This document shows, in pieces, positions 49,993 through 59,639 of a stretch of DNA of 64,000 nt. The stretch spans positions 4,480,001 through 4,544,000 of the forward strand of contig OY970296.1 in NCBI GenBank assembly GCA_963716175.1. The letters are read 5' to 3'. Within the stretch, counting starts at the first letter, position 1. Every line of letters starts with the position of its first letter. The DNA comes from an uncultured Armatimonadetes bacterium. Its GTDB lineage: Bacteria > Armatimonadota > Hebobacteria > Hebobacterales > Hebobacteraceae. The notes under the pieces are model-generated. The model did no database searches. It saw nothing but the letters and a program-made list of their open reading frames with translations, and was not told where the DNA came from. The position numbers and the translations under genes are program-made.

Positions 49993-50688
49993 ATGGCAAA
50001 CCCGTCGTTGATCGCCGTTGTCGAGACCATCGCCTTCGTGCTTTTCCTGATGCTCCTGTTTGCCCTTCTGGCGTGGGTCAGGTACCTGCACCATAGGGAG
50101 ACCATGAAGACTCTGGAGAGCGGAGGGGATGCGTCGCAGCGCCTCGAATCCCTCAGCCAGGCCCGCATGGAAGCCCGGGAGCGAAGGCGTCTGCGCTCCG
50201 GGATGATGGCGGGAGTTATCGTCACGGCGCTCGGCCTTGGAGTGCTGTCGGCCGTGTTATTCCGTCCCCAGATGATGGCTCATGAAACCCAAGCATTGGT
50301 GGTCGGTCTGGTCGTCTTCCTGCTCATCACCGGGGCGGCTAACTTCGTCGCACACGCCATCTGGTCGCAGCGGCTTGGGGCGGCCGCCCGAGTTGTGGAG
50401 AGCGCAGAGGCCCGGGAGCGGCGACGTATACGGTCGGGCGTTGTAAGGGGCTCAGTGGTGGCTGCTGCGGGGATCGGCTGCCTGTTGGCCCTCCTTGCGG
50501 GGGTCTACGCAGGCGACAGGAGCGCCATGGCCCTCCTTCTAGGTTTCGGCGTGTTCTTGCTGCTGAGCGGCGCGGCAACTATCGTGGTGCACGTGAATTG
50601 GTTTCGCGACCTCGAGCGCGGCCGGCCGCTAGCTGCCGGCGACATCGAGGAAGGGGCCATTGATCGCAGCAATCAGAGCGCTGAATAG
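49993..50688 (+). CDS. Membrane protein with internal tandem duplication (DUF6249-like)
   Basis: AGGAG RBS; five hydrophobic helices; EARERRR(L/I)RSG unit occurs twice. Confidence 0.7.
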   Translation: MANPSLIAVVETIAFVLFLMLLFALLAWVRYLHHRETMKTLESGGDASQRLESLSQARMEARERRRLRSGMMAGVIVTALGLGVLSAVLFRPQMMAHETQALVVGLVVFLLITGAANFVAHAIWSQRLGAAARVVESAEARERRRIRSGVVRGSVVAAAGIGCLLALLAGVYAGDRSAMALLLGFGVFLLLSGAATIVVHVNWFRDLERGRPLAAGDIEEGAIDRSNQSAE

Positions 50689-51256
50689 CGGCCTCTCGCT
50701 CGCGTTCGCTCGATTCGGCGACGATGATGACGCCGCGCTGGTAGCCCGGGCGCGCCGGGGCGATCCCTCGGCCTTCGATGAGATCGTCCGCCGACATCAG
50801 ACGCGAGTCTACAACCTCGCCTACCGCATGCTCCGCAATCGCGACGACGCCGAGGACATCACTCAGGAAGCCTTCCTGCGCGCCTTCGACTCGCTGCCTC
50901 GACTGCGCGATCGGGCGACAGTCGGCGCGTGGATAGCCCGCATCGCGGCCAACCTCTGTGTGAGCTGGCTGTGCTCTCGGACACATTCCGAGGTGCCGGT
51001 CGACCCCGCTAATCTCCAACCGGATCTGCCAGGCGGGAGGTCCGGCGTGGCGGATGAGGTCCACGAAGCAGTCGACAGCCTCCCCACGAAATGCCGGCTC
51101 GCCATCGTCGCCTTCTACCTCGAGGGCAGATCGTACGACGACGCTGCGCGCACCCTGGGCGTCACGGTCCACGCGCTGAAGACCCGCCTCTACCGCGCCA
51201 GGAAAATGCTCCGCGAGAACCTTCGTGAATCTCCCGGCGAGGGAGGTGTCAAGTGA
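50660..51256 (+). CDS. ECF sigma-70 factor
   Basis: GD..AF, DAEDITQEAF, W..RIA.N, region 4 LKTRLYRARK; exact start uncertain. Confidence 0.9.
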   Translation: MIAAIRALNSGLSLAFARFGDDDDAALVARARRGDPSAFDEIVRRHQTRVYNLAYRMLRNRDDAEDITQEAFLRAFDSLPRLRDRATVGAWIARIAANLCVSWLCSRTHSEVPVDPANLQPDLPGGRSGVADEVHEAVDSLPTKCRLAIVAFYLEGRSYDDAARTLGVTVHALKTRLYRARKMLRENLRESPGEGGVK

Positions 51257-51693
51257 ACTGCAGGGCCATCCGGCGCTCAATTCAGCCCTTTCTCGATGGG
51301 ATGCTGCCCCCGTCGAGCACGCGTGCGCTGGAAGTCCACCTCGCCACATGTGGGGCGTGCGCAGAGGAGCTCGATGGTTTTTGGCGGCTGTCGGCGGCAC
51401 TCTCGGCCGAGCCCCTGGCTAACCCTCCTCACGGAATGGCGGCTGAGATCGCTCGCCGCGCGGCTGTACACTACCTCGTCAGGCGGCGTCTCCTTATTCC
51501 TGTCTGGCTTGAGGCCCTGACCTTCGGGAGCGTCATACTCGCGCTCGCAGTGGCGGCCGTCGCGGGCGTCTCTTTTCTCCATGCGATACCCGCCCTCCAC
51601 CTCGCTCCCGGCATCCCGGCACTCCTGGCTAGTGCGGCTGCAGCTTCGGGGCTGGCGGCATTTGGCTCGGCATACTACCGTTCACTACTCTGA
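51253..51693 (+). CDS. Zinc-finger anti-sigma factor
   Basis: MNC, HLATCGAC (HxxxCxxC) followed by two TM segments; GTGA overlap with the sigma gene. Confidence 0.85.
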   Translation: MNCRAIRRSIQPFLDGMLPPSSTRALEVHLATCGACAEELDGFWRLSAALSAEPLANPPHGMAAEIARRAAVHYLVRRRLLIPVWLEALTFGSVILALAVAAVAGVSFLHAIPALHLAPGIPALLASAAAASGLAAFGSAYYRSLL

Positions 51694-51780
51694 GCTCGCA
51701 TCTGCTATGAGGGCGGGCGTTCACGAGATGGCTCTCGCTGGCTTCAACGACATCGCGTGCCTCAAGTCTGCAGAGGCGCC

Positions 51781-53140
51781 CGTAATGTACCGAAACTGAT
51801 CTGGGGGTTCCTTCGGCAGGTGCAGAGCGGGACCTGCCCTCTGGCGTGGTTGGTTGGTCAGGTTTCGGGTGGCTCGCGTGTCGGCAAGGTCTGCCATGAT
51901 AAGCCCCACGACGCCACGCCAGGCGCGCAGCTGCAGCGCCAAGTGATGTCGCGGGCCCGCAACTCCGTCAAGCGGCGAGGCGGCAGTAGTCGTTGATGAG
52001 GCCGCCCAGCACCGGGCGGGCAATGATCCTGCCCTCGCGCGGATAGGTGTCGGGGGCCTCCGGCGGCAGATGCCGCAGGGATTGATGGGGCCGGCGCTGG
52101 TTGTAGTAGCAGATGTACTGTCTCAGCACCCAGCACAGATGGGCTTCGTTGAGGATGATGATGCGGTCCAGGCACTCCTGCCGCAGGCTGCGAATCCAGC
52201 GTTCCGCATAGCCGTTCAGATCGGGGGAGCGCACCGGGAGCCGGATCACCTTCGTGCCCGCCTCCTCTAGCAGGGAGTCGGCGTGGAGGGTGTACTTGCT
52301 GTCTCGATCATGGATCAGGTAGCGAGGCAGCTCCTCGTTGACCACCGATAGGTTCCGGAACTGCTGTGCCACCCAGGCCTCATCAGGGGAGGTGGAGACA
52401 TTCCAGAAGACAATCCGCCGCGTCGCGATCTCCAGGAAGAAGACGATGTAGGAGGTCCACAGTGTTGCCGTGGTGACCGCGCAGAAGTCACTGGCCCAGA
52501 TGAAGCGACCGTAGTGGGCGAGGAACTGCAACCAGCCCAGGCCGAAGCTGCGCCGGCGTTCGGGAGTGAGTCCGTGCTGCTTCAGAATGCGAGCCACGCT
52601 GCTCCGGCCGAAGCGCACGAACCGGAGCTTGCGCATCTCCCCGGCGATCTTGCCGTAGCCCATCGAGGGGTTCTCCCGGGCGATGCGCAGCACCCACTGC
52701 TCCATCTCCGGGGTGATCTCCGGAGGACGACCGGGTTTCCTCCGGGACAGGAACCTCCAGTGCCGCCGCACGATCGCTCGGTGCCATCCCACCAGCGTCT
52801 TCGGCGTCACGATCAGCAGCGCCTCCCTCAGCTTCTCCTTGCCCAGCAGCAGGCTGGACAGCACCAACGCGAGCCGCTCACTGGGCACCAGCGAGGGTCG
52901 CTTGCCCAGCTGGCGCTGGAGGACCAGCATCTGTTGGTGGAGTGCCAGCACGAGGCGGGCCTGTTCGCCGCGGAACACCAGCCCGAACAGCAGGCAGAGG
53001 GCAGAGAGCAGCATCAACGTCACGTGCCAGAACATGACGGGGAGGATGCCGCAGTCATACCGAGAAGTCAACTCCGCGGGTACCCAGGAACCGAGGTCGC
53101 TGGCTTCCTGGATGCCTCAGATTGGTTTTGGTACACTACG
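51781..53140 (-). mobile_element. IS-like rve element, copy A (1360 bp)
   Basis: Ends CGTAATGTACCGAAACTGATCTG and (reverse) CGTAGTGTACCAAAACCAATCTG; homologous to 56230-57587. Confidence 0.85.
51968..53035 (-). CDS. Integrase-core (rve) DDE transposase
   Basis: WASDF, HDRDSKY, NGYAERWIRSLRQECLD, GGLINDYCRLAA. Confidence 0.9.
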   Translation of the reverse strand: MFWHVTLMLLSALCLLFGLVFRGEQARLVLALHQQMLVLQRQLGKRPSLVPSERLALVLSSLLLGKEKLREALLIVTPKTLVGWHRAIVRRHWRFLSRRKPGRPPEITPEMEQWVLRIARENPSMGYGKIAGEMRKLRFVRFGRSSVARILKQHGLTPERRRSFGLGWLQFLAHYGRFIWASDFCAVTTATLWTSYIVFFLEIATRRIVFWNVSTSPDEAWVAQQFRNLSVVNEELPRYLIHDRDSKYTLHADSLLEEAGTKVIRLPVRSPDLNGYAERWIRSLRQECLDRIIILNEAHLCWVLRQYICYYNQRRPHQSLRHLPPEAPDTYPREGRIIARPVLGGLINDYCRLAA

Positions 53141-53184
53141 CGGATTGATGAGCACATAGGGCCCCGCACCGCCCACCTTTCCTC

Positions 53185-55224
53185 CTAGAGCACCCAGATC
53201 AGCTTCACCGCGACCCGCGACCTGAACCCGGTCAGGTTCGGGTCGGGATCACCCACGATTACGTAGGCATCCATCCCCCGGCGCACCACCTGCCGGTAGG
53301 CGGCGTAGACAGTGATCCCCGCATCGCGGCCGATGAAGCGGGCGGCGATGCTCTTCTCCGGAGTGAGATCGTAGGAGGTGGTCACCACGGCCTGATACGC
53401 ATGGTAGGCATCCGGCGAGGGCGGCGTCAGGTGGCTGTACTCTAGCGCCAACCGAAGCGGCATGGCCTTCCAGGCCCGGAAACCCTGGCCCAGCGAGCAG
53501 TAGGTATAGTCGCCGCCGGCGCGCAGGCCTCGGGAGAGATAGACGTTGCCCTGGCGGTAGAGGTCTCTGTTGTTCCACCCGATGGAGGTATTCACGTCCC
53601 CACTGGGGTCGTTGCGCTCCGTGCCGCCCGACAGCCCAATGCCCAGATAACGGCCATTGCGCCAGATCCATGTGTAGTCGCCACCGACCACGGACCAGGA
53701 AGTACCGCCGCTGTGCAGGTAGGGGAAGTAGTGGAGGTTGCCCCTCCAGAAGCGGCCCTGAAGAGGGCCCTTCTCATAAGAGAAGGACTTCCCGAAGTCG
53801 AAGCTTGCGCCATAGGTGCTCTGGTTGTAGTAGTAGCCCAGCGCGGGGTGGTAGTCGTCGGTCGCGTAGCGCGTTGTCCAGTCGTAGTGAAGCTTGCCGG
53901 GACCGCGATAGTGACCCCCGCCCATTTCGTAGATGCCGCCGTCGGCGCCCTCACCTACGGATTGGTAGGTCACGCCCCAGAGCGAGTCGTAGCCGTTCGG
54001 GACGCGCCGCACACGCGAGCTGTTGATGGAATACACTGAGTTGCCCGGCTCGCCTGCCTGTCGGCGCTGGGCGAGGTAGACGCCGGTGTGGAAGTCCGAC
54101 GTGGTGAAGTGCTGCCAGGCGCCGACGAAGGCGTTTCCCTCACCGTAGGAGAGCGCATCCAGTATACCGACCCGCTCCTTGCCCGCAGTGCCGAAGAGCT
54201 TCGCGCCGGCGTCGAAATCCTGGATACGGCGGCTGTAGAACATGTCCGAGCCGGGGAAGAAGCCATCGGTGCCGGTAACGAAGAAGGGCCGCACTTCCGG
54301 TAGGTAGCGTTCCGTGTAGGAGAAGGAGATCGGCTCCACCACCTCCTCGATCTGCGAGTAGTCCGGGCGAAGAGTGCCGAGCCCGGTGAGCCCACTGCGC
54401 ATCCGGTACTGCACATCCAGGCCGGCCCCGAACGTGCGGCCGGCGGACTCGCCAGCGTCCACCGTCACGTAGGGCATGAACAGAGGTCGGGGTGGGAAGA
54501 CAGGCGGATGCAGGCCGCAGAGGCCGGCGGCCAGGTTCGGGTTCCAGGTCTTGCCCATGTTTGGGTAGACAGCGCCCACGTCCTCTTTGGCGAAAGAGCG
54601 GTAGAGGGTGAGGCCAAAGGTGGTCTGACACGGCGGATAGCGGAGGATGGAGAAGGGGATGGCCATCTCCACCTGGTAGCCCTCGGGAGTGCGCACGGCC
54701 GCGCCCGTCCAGTCCCCCCGCTACTCGATCTTGGTGGCCGAACCGCCGGGGATGTCCTCACGCTGGGTGCCCCGGGAGGTGACCTGAAAGTAATAGCTGC
54801 TCTGGTGGCGGTACTCGGGGTCGAGGCCGAACTCGACGAAGTCGTCCTTCCCAATGTCTCCGTTGCGCCGCGTCTCGACGCCCTTGATGTCATTGGGGGT
54901 GCGGTCCTTGCAGATTACGCCGAGGTAGACGTTCTTCTCGTCCACGCAGATCAGTCCGATGGTCTCTTCCGGCACGGGGCGCGTCTCGTCCAGCACGACG
55001 AACCCTTCGAGCCGCGAGGCGGAGGTCCAGCAGGCCTCGTCGAGTTTGCCATCGATCACCGGCGGCTGGTCCACGTACACCGCCTGCACCTGTGGTGGCG
55101 TGCGAGGCGCCGGCGCGGGGGCGTCGCACTCGGCCGAGCGGGCGGGCCGGGCTGCCAAGAGCCAGAGGGCCCCGAGCAAGACGATAGGCGCTACGCGCGA
55201 TACGAGGAGGGCTCTGGTCCTCAT
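53185..55224 (-). pseudogene. CBM9-like/DUF5916 protein split by an in-frame TAG at 54721-54723
   Basis: PVIDGKLDE..W, EMAIPF, PDYSQIE, E.RPFF, YSRRI; the two ORFs share a frame (KIE*RGDW). Confidence 0.78.
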
Positions 55225-55971
55225 TGATAGTGACATCGCGGCCACACCCCCCAGCAGCCGGCGCCGGATGGTCTGGACACCGACCGGCTCAGTCAGGCGA
55301 ACTTGGCGGAAAGAATCAGCGAGTCGTTAGCGATGCGGCTAGGGAGCCCCGCGGCGCGGGGCGAACCCGCACGATAGGCTGGCAGCCCTATGTGGGAGGC
55401 ACCATCAGCGAAATGGGCCACTAGCGGGAATCCCCCTGCCAGGTGGACTGTAGCTTGATCGTGCTTACCTGTCAACATTCCGAGGGCTCTGCCAATCCTG
55501 CCTGGGAGCCAGCGCAAGGTGCTTCGCCTCGCCAGAAGAGAACGCCCCGCCTTGGGCGAGCAGCCGTAGCGTCAGCTCCCGCAAGCTCGGCTCGTGCTCC
55601 TCCTTCACCTACCGGGCACGCAGCAGACGGGCGCTGTCAGTCGGCATCGGGGCTTGCCCCACCATCGGCGCCCAGTACTGACCCACCCTGGACTAGCGAA
55701 ATCAGCTCAGCCTAGTCCCCGGATTCCTCGTCTTGATTCTCCGGCTCTCATCTCCAGTGGGTTAAGTCTCGACGCCGGTTCCGCCTGTATGTGGGTTATG
55801 TCGGCCCGCCGGCTGACAATCGATACCGGCCGCCCCGCGGAGGTCGACATCTCCGTGCTTGAGCACATCCGCAGCAGGGCGCGAAGCGATTTGCCTGCGA
55901 TCGTAATAACCTGCCCGCCTGCAAACTCAGAGGGTACTCAGGGATGTCCCATCGCTACTTAGCAGGAGCAT

Positions 55972-56103
55972 CGCCACCCGGCAGTGCCGACACGCCAAGT
56001 TACAGCGGTCGCACAGCACAAGGCCCAGGATGAATGGGACATCCCTGCGCAGCACGCAGAACGAGAGCACGAACTGCGGATAGTAGAGGAGCTTGCTGAG
56101 CAT
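55972..56103 (-). pseudogene. Radical SAM protein N-terminal fragment
   Basis: CNLACRHC (CxxxCxxC) then the frame degenerates. Confidence 0.65.
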
Positions 56104-56120
56104 CGGCTCGCGTTCACCAT

Positions 56121-56228
56121 CTACCAGAACCGGATCACCTCCGGCCACGGCTGCGACTTCGCGGCCGTCCAGATGGTATTCACGTAGTTGAGGGCGAAAT
56201 AGTTCTGTGCCAGATGCAGCCAGAAGGC
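56121..56228 (-). pseudogene. 3' fragment of a gene cut by element copy B
   Basis: AFWLHLAQNYFALNYVNTIW..VIRFW-stop, directly upstream of the radical SAM fragment. Confidence 0.4.
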
Positions 56229-56229
56229 C

Positions 56230-57587
56230 CGTAGTGTACCAAAACCGATCTGAGGCATTCAGGATGCCTCGGGCCTCGGTACCTGGTCACTCGCGGCGTT
56301 GACTTCCCGCCCTCACTGCGGCAACCTGCCGGCCATGTTCTGGTATGTCATGCTGATGCTGTTCTCTCCCCTCTACCTGTTCTTCGGGCTGGTGTTCCGC
56401 GGCGAGCAGGCCCGCCTAGTACTGGCGCTCTATCATCAGGTGCTGATTCTGCAGCGACAACTGGGAAAGCGACCAACGCTGGCGCCGGGTGAGCGACTGG
56501 CGTTGGTGCTCTCCAGCCTCCTGCTGGGCAAAGAGAAGCTGAGAGAGGCGCTGCTGGTCGTGAAGCCGGAGACGCTGGTGGGCTGGCATCGGGCGATTGT
56601 GCGGCGGCACTGGAGGTTCTCGTCCAGGAGGAGACCAGGTCGTCCCCCGGAGATCACCCCAAAGATGGAGCAGCTAGTGCTGCGCATCGCCCGAGAGAAC
56701 CCGTGGATGGGTTACGGTAAGATCGCCGGGGAGATGCGGAAACTCGGGTTCGTGCGCTTCGGCCGCAGCAGCGTGGCGCGCATTCTGAAGCAGCATGGAC
56801 TCACTCCAGAACGTCGCCGGAACCTGGGCCTGGGCTGGTTTCAGTTCCTCGCCCACTATGGGCAGTTCATCTGGGCCAGTGACTTCTGCACGGTCACTAC
56901 GGCCGCCCTGCGGACCTACTACCTCGTCTTCTTCCTGGAGATCGGCTCCCGCCGGATCATCCACTGGAACGTCTCCACCTCCCCGGATGAGGCGTGGGTG
57001 TCCCAGCAGTTCCGGAACCTATCCGTGGTCAGCGACGACCTGCCGGGATATCTGATCCACGATCGGGACAGCAAGTATACGCGCCACGCTGACTGCCTGC
57101 TGGAGGACGCGGGCACCACGGTGATCCGGCTGCCGGTGCGCTCCCCCGATCTGAACGGCTATGCGGAACGGTGGATACGCAGCCTGCGCCAGGAATGTCT
57201 GGATCGGATCATCCTCCTCAACGACGCGCATCTGCGCTGGGTGCTGGGCGAATACGTCCGCTACTACAACCAACGCCGGCCCCACCAATCACCCCGGCAT
57301 CTGCCACCGGAGGCCCCAGACGTGTACCCGGATGAAGGAAAGATCATGGCCCGCCCGGTACTCGGCGGTCTCATCCACGACTACTGCCGCCTCGCCGCCT
57401 GACGGAGTCCGCAGTGCACTCCACCATCGGGGGCCGCGCCGCGCGCCTGAAGTGCCCTCTTCGCGCTGATGATCGCTCGCGGGGGTGACGCGCAGGCCCT
57501 CCGAGACCCACATGCTCACCCTGCCAGGACGCAGATCCTCCCTGCAACCTGCTGAGTTGATGTCCGGATGAGTTCTGGAACACTACG
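56230..57587 (+). mobile_element. IS-like rve element, copy B (1358 bp), inverted relative to copy A
   Basis: Ends CGTAGTGTACCAAAACCG and (reverse) CGTAGTGTTCCAGAAC. Confidence 0.85.
56335..57402 (+). CDS. Integrase-core (rve) DDE transposase
   Basis: Collinear with 51968-53035, same DDE motifs. Confidence 0.9.
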   Translation: MFWYVMLMLFSPLYLFFGLVFRGEQARLVLALYHQVLILQRQLGKRPTLAPGERLALVLSSLLLGKEKLREALLVVKPETLVGWHRAIVRRHWRFSSRRRPGRPPEITPKMEQLVLRIARENPWMGYGKIAGEMRKLGFVRFGRSSVARILKQHGLTPERRRNLGLGWFQFLAHYGQFIWASDFCTVTTAALRTYYLVFFLEIGSRRIIHWNVSTSPDEAWVSQQFRNLSVVSDDLPGYLIHDRDSKYTRHADCLLEDAGTTVIRLPVRSPDLNGYAERWIRSLRQECLDRIILLNDAHLRWVLGEYVRYYNQRRPHQSPRHLPPEAPDVYPDEGKIMARPVLGGLIHDYCRLAA

Positions 57588-57589
57588 GG

Positions 57590-57854
57590 ACAGACCGCTC
57601 CAGCGTCCTTCGCCCTTCAGGACGATCTCTGTGGTACCGTCGGCGCGGCACCGAAGCACTTGCCAGTGCTCTCGGTCCGGTGTGTTCATGCCGACGAACA
57701 CCGAGGCGTCGGTCACCGAGAGCGACGCGCTGGAGCAGGGCGTGGGAGGCAACTGCCACACCTTTACCGGTTCAGCCAGTCCCGATCGCCCGATGACCAG
57801 CACGCCCGCCAGCATGGTGAGCATCTGTACGACTGCGTATTGTCTCCTCTGCAT
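57590..57854 (-). pseudogene. Secreted protein, 3' truncated by element copy B
   Basis: GGGAGG RBS, signal peptide, frame runs into the element end. Confidence 0.55.
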
Positions 57855-57996
57855 CTTGCTTACCTCCCTGGCATTATGCCGCGAACTGCGACTCGCATTC
57901 TGATCGCGCGGCTCCGGCGGAATATCGTTTTCTGCCTCCGGTCCGGGCGCTACCTCATCGAAAGGCTCACCTCTGGCGGCACTCGCCGAGATCCCC

Positions 57997-58377
57997 TCAC
58001 GAGGGCACCTCGGGCTCTGAGATCCGAGAGACTGTGAAGGTATAACCGACAAGGTCCCACTTGCGTACCACGCCCCCATCGCGCTCGAGGTCGGAGATAA
58101 CGCGCGCTATCTCCTCCCTCGGCAGGGCGAGGTTATCGGCAATCTCAGCTTGCTTCAAAGGCCTTCCTGCTTGCGCGAGCATCGCCATGATCTGGCACTC
58201 GAGTTCCTCGCGCGTCAGAGGGGTTGCTTGGGCGGTGACAGAGGTGTTCCTGTGCGCTCTTGTCAGCAGCCAGATGACAAGGGCTACCAACGCAAGGCCG
58301 ACTACGAGCAACAACGGCAGTATCCAGTCCGGGTCACTGCCTTGGACAGCATGGCCGAAACGCCCAAAGTGTCTCAT
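57997..58377 (-). CDS. Single-TM protein with C-terminal winged helix
   Basis: GGAGG RBS; TM helix then LKQAEIA..L.LPRE.IARVISDLE..G.V.R. Confidence 0.7.
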   Translation of the reverse strand: MRHFGRFGHAVQGSDPDWILPLLLVVGLALVALVIWLLTRAHRNTSVTAQATPLTREELECQIMAMLAQAGRPLKQAEIADNLALPREEIARVISDLERDGGVVRKWDLVGYTFTVSRISEPEVPS

Positions 58378-58419
58378 GAACGCACCTCCTGCCGGTCCTC
58401 GCCTTGTCAGCGATTCCCG

Positions 58420-59637
58420 TCAGGCAATTCGTAATGCAACAATCGGATCAAGCGTGGCGGCCTTGCGCGCCGGATACACCCCAAACCCCAGACCGAGCAA
58501 CGCCGAGAACACGACTGCCGCCAGGGCGACTCCCCACGGGATCAGCATGGGCCAGCCTGTCGCGACGGAGGTGATCTTGGCCGCGGTGATGCCCAGCGCG
58601 ACCCCGCCAACGCCTCCCGTGGCGCTGAGCAGCCCCGTCTCGATCAGGAACTGCAGCAGGATGTCGCGTCGGCGGGCCCCGACCGCACGTCGCAACCCGA
58701 TCTCCCGCGTCCGCTCCCGCACCGCGATGAGCGTCATGGCGAGAATACCGATCCCACCCACCAGCAACGAGATGCCGCCGATGCTTCCGAGAAGCAAGGT
58801 GAAGGTGTCGGACACCGCGGCCTGGGTCTCCAGGAGGGCCGACTGGTTCTGGATGACGAAATCATCCTCGGCGCCGGGGCGAAGGCGGTGTCTCTCTCGC
58901 AACACCTCCGCGATAGTCACGGCGGCTGTTTCCATGGCGGCGCTGTCGTCTACGCTGACGTAGATGGTGCTGAGGTGGGAGACGTTGAACAGCCGGCGCA
59001 GCGCGGTGCGTAACGGAACAATGATCTGGTCGTCTTGATCTTGGCCAGCGATGTCCAGCCCCTTCGCCTGCAACACACCGATCACGAGAAAGGGCACGTT
59101 GGCGATGCGAATGGTTTCCCCGATGGGGTCCCGGCCCGCGAACAGATTGAGCATCGCCGTCTGGCCGAGCACGGCCACCCGGGCGGAACTGCGCACCTGA
59201 TCATCATCGAAAAACTCACCGGTGATGGGGAGCGAGTTGCGGACCACCTGGAACTCCGGAGTGGTGCCTACGACCGTGGTCGTCGTGCTCATCTCCTCGA
59301 ACTTCACGGAGAGCTTCTTGCTTTGTGCGGGAGCGAGGGAGACGACGTGCGGCACTTCCTCGGCAATGGCGCGGGCATCCCTTTCGGTAAGCGTAATCGC
59401 CGTTGCGCCGGCTGCGCGCCCGGCCTGGAATCTGAGCTGACCGGCGCTCACCGTCAGCAGGTTTACGCCCATGCTCTCGACCTTGCGCAACACCTCGGCG
59501 CGGGTGCCCTGACCGATCGCCACCATCGCGACGACCGCGGCCACGCCCACCACGATGCCGAGCAGCATCAACCCGGTACGGAGCTTGTGGGCGCCCAGCG
59601 CGCGCAGCGCGGTGCGCAGGCCGAGGCGATATCGCAT
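58420..59637 (-). CDS. MacB/FtsX-type ABC permease 3
   Basis: RT.L..LGI..GV, VRERTREIGLRRAVGA, YPARKAATLDPI.AL. Confidence 0.92.
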   Translation of the reverse strand: MRYRLGLRTALRALGAHKLRTGLMLLGIVVGVAAVVAMVAIGQGTRAEVLRKVESMGVNLLTVSAGQLRFQAGRAAGATAITLTERDARAIAEEVPHVVSLAPAQSKKLSVKFEEMSTTTTVVGTTPEFQVVRNSLPITGEFFDDDQVRSSARVAVLGQTAMLNLFAGRDPIGETIRIANVPFLVIGVLQAKGLDIAGQDQDDQIIVPLRTALRRLFNVSHLSTIYVSVDDSAAMETAAVTIAEVLRERHRLRPGAEDDFVIQNQSALLETQAAVSDTFTLLLGSIGGISLLVGGIGILAMTLIAVRERTREIGLRRAVGARRRDILLQFLIETGLLSATGGVGGVALGITAAKITSVATGWPMLIPWGVALAAVVFSALLGLGFGVYPARKAATLDPIVALRIA

Positions 59638-59639
59638 GT

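Noticed and set aside
54721-54723. Pyrrolysine or amber recoding
   Set aside because: Many genes here end in TAG normally, no pyl genes seen, and TGG>TAG explains it
23640-57900. Prophage or ICE
   Set aside because: No structural, terminase, relaxase or T4SS genes
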